The translations under genes and the position numbers were made by a program. Source: a virus. Taken from it: a stretch of DNA of 64,000 nucleotides. The notes under the pieces are model-generated. The model was not told the DNA's origin. It was given only the letters and a program-made list of their open reading frames with translations, and did no database searches. The stretch's first letter is position 1; each line of letters opens with the position of its first letter. Positions 41,038 to 51,183 of this stretch are shown here, one piece after another. Where the stretch lies: the IMG/VR virus record IMGVR_UViG_3300009448_000012, positions 10,558 to 74,557 of that record; one strand, 5' to 3'.

Positions 41038-43098
41038 CTAAAACAATAATTTATTGGTCTCGGCGATATAATGGTCGTAATCGATATCGGGAATGTGCTC
41101 GCCGTCATAAACGTCTTGTACCTTCACCTTGCGGGTATGGTGGAATTCGGCGTGTTCTTCGAATTCATATTTGTATTTGAAGCGCGGACCATGTTCGCCG
41201 CATTGCGAGCACCGAAAGTCGCCCTTGGGTCCGTAGCAGGTCGCCAGCAACTCGGCGAACAGCGCGAACCGGCGCCATTCGTCCGGCTTTTTCGCGGTGG
41301 GCGGCATCAGTTTGAAGATCGGCTGACCGGCCGGGCTCACGTAATAGCGGGTTGTTTGCTGGCATTCGGTCCCGTCGCCGAGGATCAGCCGCGATTGCCC
41401 TGTGACCTTGGCGCGTGCGAGGAAGTCCCATTGGTCCGGGTGGCGGTGGATGAAGTCGGTCGGGTCATGATCATCACAAAGCGCCGCATCGGCCGCACGC
41501 GGGATCACCAACATCGAATGGTCCTTGTGCCACGCCTTTTGCTTGCCGACCTTCAGTTCGAAATCATAGGCGCCTTTGCGTTTCCGCTTGCCGGCTTCGT
41601 CCTTGTTGATCGCGTCCATGTTGTATTCGCCGATGTAGCTGTTCACATCGCGGATGAACATGCGCCCGTAATGCAGCTTCTCCAGCTTCATTTGCGTGAC
41701 CGATTGCCACCAGTCGCACACCGCGTCGAACTGCGCGCGCATCACGCGCGGAAACTTCAACGTCATGCCGTCCGTGTTGACCTGAAGGATCTCCAGGCTG
41801 GGCACGGCCGCCAGAAACCGTTCGGCCAGCATGACCAGCATGAGTTGCCCGTTCACCGTGATCGCCATGGTGTATTGCGGGTCGTAAAACGGTCCGTGCA
41901 TGTTGTTCGAATCGCCGTAAACGCCGTTGTTCGCGAGCTTCAGCGCGTCGGACTTGACCATGTCCTTGATCGCCTTCGCCGCGACGCGTTGGGCTTTCAG
42001 CTCGCGATAGACCTCGACGAACAGCGGTCCGAGGTGGGCAGGGTACAAGCCCCATTCGATGGCGATCGAGGGATAGAAGGCTTCGACGTCGACGTCGACG
42101 ATCTCGTAAATCGCGTCGGCGACGACCGCGCGCCGCGTCACCGACCCGTGCAAGCCGCCCGTGCCGAACACCATCGTGAAGCCGTCGACGCTGGCCTTCA
42201 GGTTCTTGAAGACGCCCTTCGTCTCGACCTTGGCGGATTTCAGCTCGCCGGCTTCGATCTCCAGCGGGTTCAGCACCTTCGCCTTGAGCGTTTCGAGCAC
42301 CGCGTTCGGTTCCGGATTGTCGAACCTGATCCACGGGAAGATCACATCGGCAAGGGCGACGCTGTTCCGCCACGTCTGGCGCGGCTGGCGCCGGCCGTTG
42401 ACCTTATCAAAGCAGATGCCGGGCGATCGTTCTTCGAGCGCTTTGGTGAAGAAGGATTTCCCGATTTTGGTGTCGTTATCGTTCAGATGACGTTCGCCGA
42501 GTTGTTCGCGAAACCCGATCATCTCCATCGTTTCCCAAGCGAATTTCTTGGTACTGAACAGGTCGTTCCGGTTGTAGTCTAGACCGATATCCATTTCCGC
42601 ATGCGTCAAGACCTTCGTATGATGGAAGGGCATTTCCTGGACGCGGCGGGCGCGCATGTTCATCTGAAGCGTCTTCAGGCTGGTCATGCGGTTCTTGTTG
42701 TCGAAATGGTGGATCAGCCGTAAGTCGACCTGCTTCACCAGTTCATCGCGATAGTGGACCCGGTGAATCCAGGACGGACCGCCTCGCTTGCCGTTCTCGA
42801 TGATCTCGGTCGCGAACAGCTTCAGGTTCGCGCAGATCTGGAGCGCCGGCGTCCCGGCGTCGATCAGCTCGACCGCGCGGTGGATGATCGGATAGTCGAA
42901 ACTGAGATTATTGAAGCCGTACATCCGGCGGAAATATCCGGAGCGCAGCACCGACACCATAAGAGGACCGTCGTTCCGGCGATCGCTGATTTCATAGATC
43001 CAGGTTGTATCGTCACCCTTGGTCAACGGGGTGAACCCTAGACAGAACCAGTTCGGAAGGGTCTCGACGTCGCCGATGGTGTCGATCCATGCGTTCAT
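41038..43098 (-). CDS. family B DNA polymerase with 3'-5' exonuclease domain
   Basis: DVET and GFNNLSFD (exo); DVEAFYPSI, KLANNGVYG, NTDG (PolB motifs). Confidence 0.9.
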   Translation of the reverse strand: MNAWIDTIGDVETLPNWFCLGFTPLTKGDDTTWIYEISDRRNDGPLMVSVLRSGYFRRMYGFNNLSFDYPIIHRAVELIDAGTPALQICANLKLFATEIIENGKRGGPSWIHRVHYRDELVKQVDLRLIHHFDNKNRMTSLKTLQMNMRARRVQEMPFHHTKVLTHAEMDIGLDYNRNDLFSTKKFAWETMEMIGFREQLGERHLNDNDTKIGKSFFTKALEERSPGICFDKVNGRRQPRQTWRNSVALADVIFPWIRFDNPEPNAVLETLKAKVLNPLEIEAGELKSAKVETKGVFKNLKASVDGFTMVFGTGGLHGSVTRRAVVADAIYEIVDVDVEAFYPSIAIEWGLYPAHLGPLFVEVYRELKAQRVAAKAIKDMVKSDALKLANNGVYGDSNNMHGPFYDPQYTMAITVNGQLMLVMLAERFLAAVPSLEILQVNTDGMTLKFPRVMRAQFDAVCDWWQSVTQMKLEKLHYGRMFIRDVNSYIGEYNMDAINKDEAGKRKRKGAYDFELKVGKQKAWHKDHSMLVIPRAADAALCDDHDPTDFIHRHPDQWDFLARAKVTGQSRLILGDGTECQQTTRYYVSPAGQPIFKLMPPTAKKPDEWRRFALFAELLATCYGPKGDFRCSQCGEHGPRFKYKYEFEEHAEFHHTRKVKVQDVYDGEHIPDIDYDHYIAETNKLLF

Positions 43099-43442
43099 AT
43101 GCGGGTCCTGGTCCTGGTTCGCGGGATGGTGCAGCGCATGCGCATATACAGGGCGTCGAGCGCCGCTTGCGGGTCGGTGGGTAGCTCGCCGGTGATGTCC
43201 CGGATCATGCGCATCGCCGAGCACTGGCGCAAGGTGATCTCGACGGCGCCGTGTGCGATCGCGGCCGCGCGCTTGGTCATGGCGACGTCGTAGTGATCGC
43301 CCTGGTACCAGTGCCGCGCCACGCCGATCGCGGCCGCCATGGCGTGCAATTCACCCTCGGTCGTCGCGATCATGTGCGACATGCGCATGCCGCGAAAGCG
43401 ACCCATATCCGACCGGTGCATGTCGTCGACGAAGACCGTCAC
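43095..43442 (-). CDS. DUF4031-family protein
   Basis: VFVDDM, SHMIA, ELHAMA..IG, WYQGDHYD. Confidence 0.8.
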   Translation of the reverse strand: MTVFVDDMHRSDMGRFRGMRMSHMIATTEGELHAMAAAIGVARHWYQGDHYDVAMTKRAAAIAHGAVEITLRQCSAMRMIRDITGELPTDPQAALDALYMRMRCTIPRTRTRTRI

Positions 43443-43633
43443 CGCTGGCGCCACCACCAGACCAGGACGTCGCGCCAGCGCCAGCGGCCGGAGCCGGCGC
43501 ACTGGTCGCAACGTTCCTCACGAACGTTCCCATATCCGCCGTAAACGGCTTCGATGCCGGAGCCGCCGCACATCCGACAGTCGCCCACGGCGCGCCAGCG
43601 CCAATAGAGGCGCCACTTCAGCCCTGTGATCAT
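43439..43633 (-). CDS. small DnaJ-type zinc-finger protein
   Basis: CRMCGGSG...CDQCAGSG. Confidence 0.6.
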   Translation of the reverse strand: MITGLKWRLYWRWRAVGDCRMCGGSGIEAVYGGYGNVREERCDQCAGSGRWRWRDVLVWWWRQR

Positions 43634-46600
43634 TTCGCCCGTCCCTTCTTCGCCCGGCATCGTCGCATGCGTTCGGCGGCCGTCATGGGCTCGGCGCCGA
43701 TGCGCGGACGGCCGGCGGGTCCCTTCATGATGACGGCGACCGCTTTCTTCAGCGCCTCGGCGTCGGTCTCGGCGAGCTTGACCGCGTCGATCGCCGCCAT
43801 GATCCGCCGCTTCATGTTGTATTTGCGTTTGCGCTCGGTCGGCGTCATAGCGCGATGTGCCGGCGCATGCCCGCATCCGACATCGAGTGGTATCCGTAAG
43901 GCTTCTTCTTTTTGAACCATCCGTCCTCGATCCCGTGGATCATCGCCCAAGCCTCGCCGACCGGGTCCCGCCGGCTGAACAGGTTGATCGCATAGTGACC
44001 CTTGCCTGTTTTCTTGCCGTTCATGGTGCCGTCGTCGATGAACGACGGGTGGAGCATGCCGCCGGCGAACGACAGATTGAACGCCGAGCGGTCGGGTGTC
44101 TCGACGGCGCCGATGGTGTCCAGGATCTCGCGCGCGTTGGCGGTCGACAGCCGCGCGCCTTGGGCGCCGATCGTGACCCCGCGCAGGATCGCCCGATCGG
44201 TCGTGAAGATCCTGGTCGCGAGCAGGTCCCGGAAGCAGTCGTCATAAGCGAGGTCGACAGCATGGTGATAGGTCCCGTGGCAACCGCGCGGTTCCGGGTC
44301 GATCGCGACGACCTCGCCGAGGCGGGTCGCGACGTCCATGACGAACGGTTCCATCATCATGAACGTCGACGTCACCGTCAGCCGGTCTTCATCCTGGTCG
44401 TAGCTGATCGGAAACTTGAACAGCCGCGATCGCGGGTATCGTGGCGCCGGGTCCTCGATGCAGCGATTCAGGTCGAGGTGATATTCGTTCGCGACCAGCC
44501 CGGCGTCGATGATCTTGGCGGCGAGCGGTGTCGTGATCGGGATCATCGGACAAGCCAATTGCTCACGGGCTCGGACATGCGCGCTTCGTCCGCGATGATC
44601 ACAGCGGGGTCGGCGCGGCGGATCGAGGTCGGCCAGAACCAGTTCAGAAACTCGCGTTCGCGACCCGTCCAGTCGCTCGCCGCGATGAAGCCGCTCGGCG
44701 CCGGCGCGCCCCATGCGCGCGGGAAGAACCGCCAGTAAATGATCGGGTACCAGCGGAAGAAGATGTCGATCGGCGCGATCCAGCCGCGCAAGTCGGTCGT
44801 CAGCTTGAAGTGATAGAGGCGATCGGTCGAGCGTCTGATTCTCATTTGGCGGGTTTCCTGTGGCTGATGACGACACCTTTCCGGAAGACGCGGCCGGTGC
44901 CGCACGGGCATTCGTGCTCTAGGTCCTCGGACCAGTGCGCGGCCGCGTAGGGGCCGAACCTGTGCTGGCGGTCGCAGTGACAGCGCCACAGGCTTCCGGG
45001 GCTGTACGCGGCGCCCTTGACCGCTAGGGGAATGGCGGGTTCGACCTCGGTCATGTCACACCGTCCCAAAGTCGTCGATGTGACGACCCTGGTCGTCATA
45101 GACGTGCATCTTCGTCATGGTCCCCGCATTGTCGGCGGCGACCTTCAGCGCCTCGACCAGGGTGTCGAAGTCGCCCTGGACCCAATCGCTTCCGTCGCGG
45201 TCGAAGGTGTCCACACCGACGACGCGGAATTTCCCCACGGGGGCTTGCAAGGTAGTGCGGACGAAGCTCATTGGATGCATTTTCCTACGGTTTGCAGGGC
45301 GGTGATCAGATCGGCGAACAGCGTGAACGCCCGCACGATCGCAAGTAGGTTGACGACCAGGGTCGCGCTTACGATCACGACCAGCACGCTAAGCCACGGG
45401 AACGGGCGTCCCGTGGGGAACAGCTTCAGGATGCGTCGCGAACAGCGTTCGGCGGCCGTCCGGTGCATGGGGACCTCGCCGTGTATCAGCTCGTGAACGA
45501 TCTGCTCAAGGCGTGAATCGTTGGTCATGTCGTCGCCTTTGTTTTCGGATGCGGCGCGGCCGGGAAGCCGGCGCCGTGCATCGCGTAAATCCACACGGTA
45601 TTGTCGGGCACGCCGGCGTCGATCGCCACCATCATCACCGCGCGCGCCAGCTCGATGCGGTGATGCGCCTCGAACGATTTCAGCGGCGGCCGGGCGTGCT
45701 CCAGGTAGTCGGCGAGCAGCACGGCGACCCGGTTCCATTCCACGCGCAGGCGATCAGCCCGCGCGGGCTTGCGCTTCAGCATCGTCCGGACGCGCTCCAG
45801 GGCGGCTTGCTGGTCCGTCTTCATGCCGGCGACGACCTTCCTAGATTGTCGATCAGCGTCTTGACGTAATTGCATGCGATCTCGGTCGCGTCGGTCCATT
45901 CGCCGCACACCGCGCGGTGATGAAGCAGGCTTTCAAGACCCTGCTTTTCTAACCAGGTCATGACCCCTGGATCGAGCTTGCGCCCTGACAGGTTGACGCG
46001 GATGAACATCCCGACGCGCGTCACGCTCAGCCGATAAAAATTGATGTATCCGGTCATCCGATCGGCCGTTTCTTGCCGTTGTCCATCAACCATTTCATGA
46101 ACCCGGCCGGCATCGGCGAGCAACGGCACGTTTCGGGCGTGCATTGCTTGCGATCGATGGGACAGCGCGCGGTCGGTGGCTTGGGTGTTTCGGTCATGGC
46201 AGATCCAAATAGCGAACGATCTCGGCGTCGGTCATGCCGCCGGCGCGCAAGCGCTCGACGACCTGATGGGCGACCAGTTGCGCGACCGGATAGGTGATCG
46301 CGTTCAGCGACCGGCGAAGCTCGGTCCATAGGGCATGGGCCAGCCGCTCGGCGGGCGCGTTCTCGAACCCCGCTTCAATCTCGATGTCAATCATAGGGGA
46401 TCGGCATTTCGAACGGCGTCCGCCCGTGGACGCCGTAACTTGAATGTGCCGACATGCGGAAGATTCGCATCTCCATCCGCAGTTCATGGGCGCGGTCAAG
46501 ATCGTTGCGAAGTTTCGCCTCGGCGATGTCGCGACTGAAGCGGTCGAAAATGGTGAAATAGTCGACCGGCGACATGCGGCGCCGGCGCCCATAGTTCGCG

Positions 46601-46803
46601 CGCAGGTATTCCGCCCGATGCGTGAGCGGATCGCGCTGGCCGGTCATGCCTGTGATGATCCGAGCGCGCCAATACTCCTCGGACCGGCTGGTGTGCCATC
46701 GGTCGCGTAAGTGAGTGCCGTCGTCGACGACGACGTGCCACAGGTTGGCGGCGCAATGGGCGCGGCCGGACGCATAGACGATTCTGCCTTTTGGGTCGCT
46801 CAT
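43630..46803 (-). other. run of about 11 coupled small hypothetical genes
   Basis: Chain of overlapping ORFs (43630-43848, 43845-44546, 44543-44845, 45056-45280, 45525-45824, 46387-46803 and others). Confidence 0.6.
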
Positions 46804-47042
46804 CCGTTGCACCTTCTGTCGTTCCATTTGTACGCGGCCAGCTCGATCGCGGCCTTCAGGGGCTCGCGAATGCTGGCGGTGTTGTGCGGCGTCTCGACGA
46901 TCGGACCGTCCGCCCGACAGACGCCGCAACGCACGTTCGTCCGGTCGGGTGTCGGATAAGGCTCGCCGTTGCCAAACGCGGTCCCGATCTCCAGATCAGA
47001 CGACGCGCAAAACGGGCACGCTCTCAAGTCGTGTTCGCTCAT
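46800..47042 (-). CDS. Lar-family restriction alleviation protein
   Basis: LRACPFC...VRCGVCRADGP...AAYKWNDR. Confidence 0.7.
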   Translation of the reverse strand: MSEHDLRACPFCASSDLEIGTAFGNGEPYPTPDRTNVRCGVCRADGPIVETPHNTASIREPLKAAIELAAYKWNDRRCNG

Positions 47043-47807
47043 AGCGTCAAGATCCACAGGACAACCACGACGGCCGCAATACCGCCAAACAATGCACCGA
47101 CCAGGGCGCCGAGCAGGGCGACCAGCACACGGCCGCGCTGGCGCCGCGCCGGCGGCGTTGGCCAGTCGTCGATCGCCCGGTGGGTGCTCGGCGTATCGAG
47201 GACCGACCGATAGAGGATGAACCCCGGCACGCTGTCGCGGGCGCGGCCGATCGGGCTGTGACCACGGTTCTCCGGCGGCGCCGGCGGCCGTCCGCTGGAG
47301 CCGCCACGGGGCGGCGTGGCGGGCGCGGGCACGTCCGGCGCGCGATAGCCGCCGCGCGACGATTGCGGGGCTGGTGGCGGCGGTGGCGGTCCCTTGGGGC
47401 GGTTGTTCGGTTCTCGGATCATCAGCGGCGTTTCCTCACTAGCGCGACGCGTTCGTCGTCGGCGGCTTTGCGCTCCAGCTCGGCGGCGCGTTGATTGAGC
47501 GCGGCCGCCGTCTCGGACTGTTTGGTTTCGCGAGCGGCCTTGGCCAGCCGGCGAAGGTGGAGCGCTCGGCGTTTCATCCCGTGGATTTCAGCGTTCATCG
47601 ATCGCGATCCTGATCAGCTTCAGATCGGCGGGCGTGATCTGGTGGAGCATGCGGCGCACAGCCGCCCTGTGATATTCCCGCGCGTGATGGTTTGGCCAAA
47701 GCTTCGCGCCGCATGCCGCCAGCGCGAGACGTTCGACCATCTCAGCAAATGCAACCGTCGTGTCCGCGACGGATTGCTTGTTCGTCCCCCTAGTCATAAT
47801 CACACGG

Positions 47808-48209
47808 TCAGGCGCGATGCAGTGCGTGCGGGCGCCTGAAGAATACGGGCGGATTGCGGCGCGACCAGCCGGCGGACATGCCGACAGCTCGCCAGTAAGG
47901 TTTCGGGAACGCGACCGGGCGGCCGTCCGGCTGGACCGTGTCCGGGTCCCAATAGACGACGTTGAGCGCGGGACCCTTTTCGTTCTCGCCTTGGCAAAGC
48001 GCGACAAGGCGCGGTCCCCAAAGCTTGCCGGCCGGCGGCGTGCGCAAGCCGAATTCCTCGGCGCGGCTGATCGGATGCCAGCCGAACGCGTCGATCAGGT
48101 CAGCTTCAAGGTGTTGGGTTTCTTCTTCGAAATTCGTCGAGGACATTTTCTCGACGTGGTCGCTGTAGCGTTCGATCGCTGCGCGGATGGTCTCGTGAAC
48201 TGTCTGCAT
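47808..48209 (-). CDS. hypothetical protein
   Basis: Preceded by a degenerate AAGGGGTTCCCC leader. Confidence 0.65.
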   Translation of the reverse strand: MQTVHETIRAAIERYSDHVEKMSSTNFEEETQHLEADLIDAFGWHPISRAEEFGLRTPPAGKLWGPRLVALCQGENEKGPALNVVYWDPDTVQPDGRPVAFPKPYWRAVGMSAGWSRRNPPVFFRRPHALHRA

Positions 48210-48289
48210 AGGGGAACCCCTTTAGGGCGCTAGGGCCAGAGATGGCGGGACGGTCGCGGCGACCGCCCGCTGTTGCATGCGAGGCGAGA

Positions 48290-48451
48290 TTACTCGGCGA
48301 TCTGTTCCGGATGACAGGCGGGCTTGTCCTCGAAGCCGGTGTCGGCGTTCTGTGCGGGGACGTCCTTGGTCTCGGTCTCGGTCTCGACCTCGGTTTCGGC
48401 CGGCGTCACGGTCTCGGTCTCGGTCGTGGGTACGGTGTCGGCGTCCTGCAT
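48290..48451 (-). CDS. 53-aa acidic (TE)n protein (not in ORF track)
   Basis: MQDADTVPTTETETVTPAETEVETETETKD...; AAAGGA RBS; upstream CTTGCA-N18-CTATAT. Confidence 0.65.
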   Translation of the reverse strand: MQDADTVPTTETETVTPAETEVETETETKDVPAQNADTGFEDKPACHPEQIAE

Positions 48452-48525
48452 TGTCGTTCCTTTGGTTGCGGTTCAAAAAGCTCAGTACGGTTCATATAGG
48501 CTCGGATGCGTTACGCTTGCAAGCG

Positions 48526-48978
48526 CTAATTTCGTTTCAGAAACAGCGGTTCAAGTTCGTCCCATAAGTGACGGATCGGCAAGCATAAAACCGGCGTGCA
48601 ATCCTTCTGCTCAAGGTAACGCTGGAGCAGGGCGCCGAGGTCCTTGTGATCGCACAACCCGCGAAAATGATCGGTCCGCATGAACCAGCCGGGCATTGGG
48701 TCGACGCTGGTCTTGTGGCGGACCAGCGGCCGGATCTCGTTCAGCACGACCAGGACGCTTTCGGCGTCGGTCTCGGCGAGGTGGAGCGTCACGGCGAGGT
48801 GATACAGAAAGGCATGCCAGCGCATCCACGACGTCGGGCGTGTGTCGGACGATGCGTCCCACGGCCGGATCGTTCCCTTCTGGTACAGGCGGGCGATCAC
48901 GTCGGCGACGTCCATACTGTCGCCGTGCCGCTCGACCAGGAACGCGCGCAGGTCTTGAAAGCCGATCTCGGACAGCAT
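48526..48978 (-). CDS. hypothetical protein
   Basis: 150-aa ORF with protein-like composition. Confidence 0.6.
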   Translation of the reverse strand: MLSEIGFQDLRAFLVERHGDSMDVADVIARLYQKGTIRPWDASSDTRPTSWMRWHAFLYHLAVTLHLAETDAESVLVVLNEIRPLVRHKTSVDPMPGWFMRTDHFRGLCDHKDLGALLQRYLEQKDCTPVLCLPIRHLWDELEPLFLKRN

Positions 48979-48985
48979 GGCGGAC

Positions 48986-49219
48986 TCACTTTTTCAGGAA
49001 GACGGTCGGACGATAGGCGCCGTTCGACACCGCCCAAACGACGCTTTCGACCTTGAAGGTCGTCCCGACATATCGCCCGGTTCCGCCGGCGGGCGGAAGC
49101 TGAATTCGCACGCCGTCACCGACGCGCGGCACGGTGGACATGATGGCGCCAACGTCATGGAATTCGGGCACACCGTCGCGGGCGCCGTCGCCGATGTACA
49201 CCAGTTCGACAGTAATCAT
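48986..49219 (-). CDS. hypothetical protein
   Basis: AAGGA RBS; PRVGDGV motif. Confidence 0.6.
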   Translation of the reverse strand: MITVELVYIGDGARDGVPEFHDVGAIMSTVPRVGDGVRIQLPPAGGTGRYVGTTFKVESVVWAVSNGAYRPTVFLKK

Positions 49220-49237
49220 TTGGCGGGTTCCTTCGAT

Positions 49238-49862
49238 TTGAACTATTGGAGATGGGTCCGAATAGTTTTATGAACGAATTGTGGCGAAACCGAAAAGTTT
49301 GGACGTGCTCCGAACTTTGGTTTTAACTATTGGTCGGTTGTAGGAAAAGTTCGGTGCTACCGAAAACTATCGTTTGAACTTTTCCGACCTGCTCCGAATA
49401 GTTCGATTGACGGCAACTTACTGTCACGAACTTTTCGGTCGACCTCCGAACTTTTCCGTTTCGCCACAATTCGTTCATAAAACTATTTGGTCGACCTCGG
49501 AAAAGTTCGGACTGCATTCAAATAGTTTTATGAACGAATTGTGGCAACTCCAAACTTTTCGGACCTGCTCCAAACTTTGGAAATCCGTTCATGTAGATGA
49601 ACGGAAGTTTTCGTCGGTTGTAGGAAAAGTTCGGTGCTACCGAAAACTATCGTTTGAACTATTGGCGACGGCTCCGAACTTTTCGGTTTCGCCACAATTC
49701 GTTCATAAAACTATTCGGATGCGCTCCAAACTTTTCGGACCTGCTCCAAACTATTGCCCGAACTTTTCGTCGGTTGTAGGAAAAGTTCGGTGCTACCGAA
49801 AACTGTTCGATTAGCGGCAACTTGCTGTCACGAATTGTTCGGAGCAGGTCCGAACTTATTTT
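49238..49862. repeat. non-coding array of 25 quasi-palindromic 13-bp boxes (CCGAA-NNN-TTCGG consensus) with nested direct and inverted repeats
   Basis: Box spacing is always 20 or 32 bp; 47-bp inverted repeat at 49257 and 49673; 36-bp direct repeat three times. Confidence 0.9.
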
Positions 49863-49943
49863 GAACACAATTGACCCGCCCGCGCGGCGCTGCTTCCACG
49901 CGGGCGGACCCTGGTCGCCATAATCGGCCGGCGACCAGAACCG

Positions 49944-51179
49944 TTAGACGACCGGGTCAGCTTCCCATGCGGTCCGCGTCGCGTTCGGCCGGAAGCCGGG
50001 CGTCGCTGGCCAGCCGGCGGCCGCCGCGAGTACGGCGCTTTCGGCCTGGATCTGCGCGGCCGTGCGAGGCGCCGGCGGCGTCAAGAACCCCGGATGCGGG
50101 CTCACCGGCGGCGGGGGCGGATTACCAGGGGACGCAGTCGTCGAGCCAAGCGGATCTGTAGAAGGGGCAGGGACCGGCGACGCGCCGGCCGGGACACCCT
50201 GGACGCCCGCACCGGCTAAAGGGTCAGAAGGGTAAGCAGTGGTCGCACCACCAGCGGGCGGCGTGGTATGGGTCGGCGCCGATGTAGCCAAAGGAACCGG
50301 GGACGCGAGCGAACCGGGCGGTGTCGGTAATGCAGCCGCAAGCGGGGCAGTGACCGTCTGTTCCAAAGGGTCCGGGTCATAGCCGCTCCGATCGGCCTTC
50401 AGCCGGTGTCCGGGATAGTGCTGAACCCCGGCATCGGCCGCGATCTTGGCGCTGATCTGTTCCTGGGTCATCACCGGCGCGACAGGCGCCACGGGAGCGG
50501 GCGGCGGCGGTGCTGGTGGTGCGGGCGGCGTGGGGCTCGGCACGGCCGGAGCGCCGCCGGGCGTGGTATTGCCGGCGACTGGCAGGGCGCTGGCGCCGGG
50601 CGGCAACGTCGCCTGATGCTGCGCGAACAGTTGCGCCGCTGTCGGGCCTTGCTGGATCACCGGACCATAGCCGAGCAGGCGGACGCAGTTGGGATTGAGA
50701 TAGATCCCCGCGTTCTTGTCGGTCAGCATGTTGCAGGCCATCGCGCCGGCGACGTCGACGTAAAATCCGCACTCGATCAGCGCCGGGTCGATCGGCTGGT
50801 CCTGCGCGTTGGCGCATTTGATCGGGAACAGCGACGTCGAGAACCGGAAGATCCAGCAACCTGCGAAGCCTTCGCGGTTCCGGTTCTTTTCGCTGTCGCC
50901 GTCCTCAATCTTCCAGGCGAAGTTCGGCGCGCCGAGGCCCTGGTTGATCTGTGCCATGATACCGGCGTTCTGCTGATAGCCGCTGACCGCAACCTGTTTG
51001 GCCAACTGGATCACCGGCATCACGCGGGCGTCGGTCTTGGGCACGGCGACGCCGAAGAAGGCGGTCGGCTTCTCACGCTCGCGACCCTGCTGATCGGTCG
51101 TCTGAACGGTATGAGGGTCGCCCATGACGATCCGGCCGGGCGGCAAATAAAAGGGCGTGTTCTGTGTCTTAGGCGCCAT
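49944..51179 (-). CDS. single-stranded DNA-binding protein (DUF2815-like) with long Pro-rich tail
   Basis: PGRIVMGDP, WKIEDGD, GIYLNP; adjacent to the DUF2800-like gene. Confidence 0.75.
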   Translation of the reverse strand: MAPKTQNTPFYLPPGRIVMGDPHTVQTTDQQGREREKPTAFFGVAVPKTDARVMPVIQLAKQVAVSGYQQNAGIMAQINQGLGAPNFAWKIEDGDSEKNRNREGFAGCWIFRFSTSLFPIKCANAQDQPIDPALIECGFYVDVAGAMACNMLTDKNAGIYLNPNCVRLLGYGPVIQQGPTAAQLFAQHQATLPPGASALPVAGNTTPGGAPAVPSPTPPAPPAPPPPAPVAPVAPVMTQEQISAKIAADAGVQHYPGHRLKADRSGYDPDPLEQTVTAPLAAALPTPPGSLASPVPLATSAPTHTTPPAGGATTAYPSDPLAGAGVQGVPAGASPVPAPSTDPLGSTTASPGNPPPPPVSPHPGFLTPPAPRTAAQIQAESAVLAAAAGWPATPGFRPNATRTAWEADPVV

Positions 51180-51183
51180 GTGA

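Noticed and set aside
48222-48476. ORF with RDRDRD repeats
   Set aside because: Alternative frame of the acidic (TE)n gene, which has the better RBS
49238-49862. Mini-CRISPR, or protein-coding ORFs 49323-49517, 49374-49814 and 49659-49868
   Set aside because: Linkers are 7 or 19 bp and themselves repeat in both orientations; the ORFs only translate the repeats
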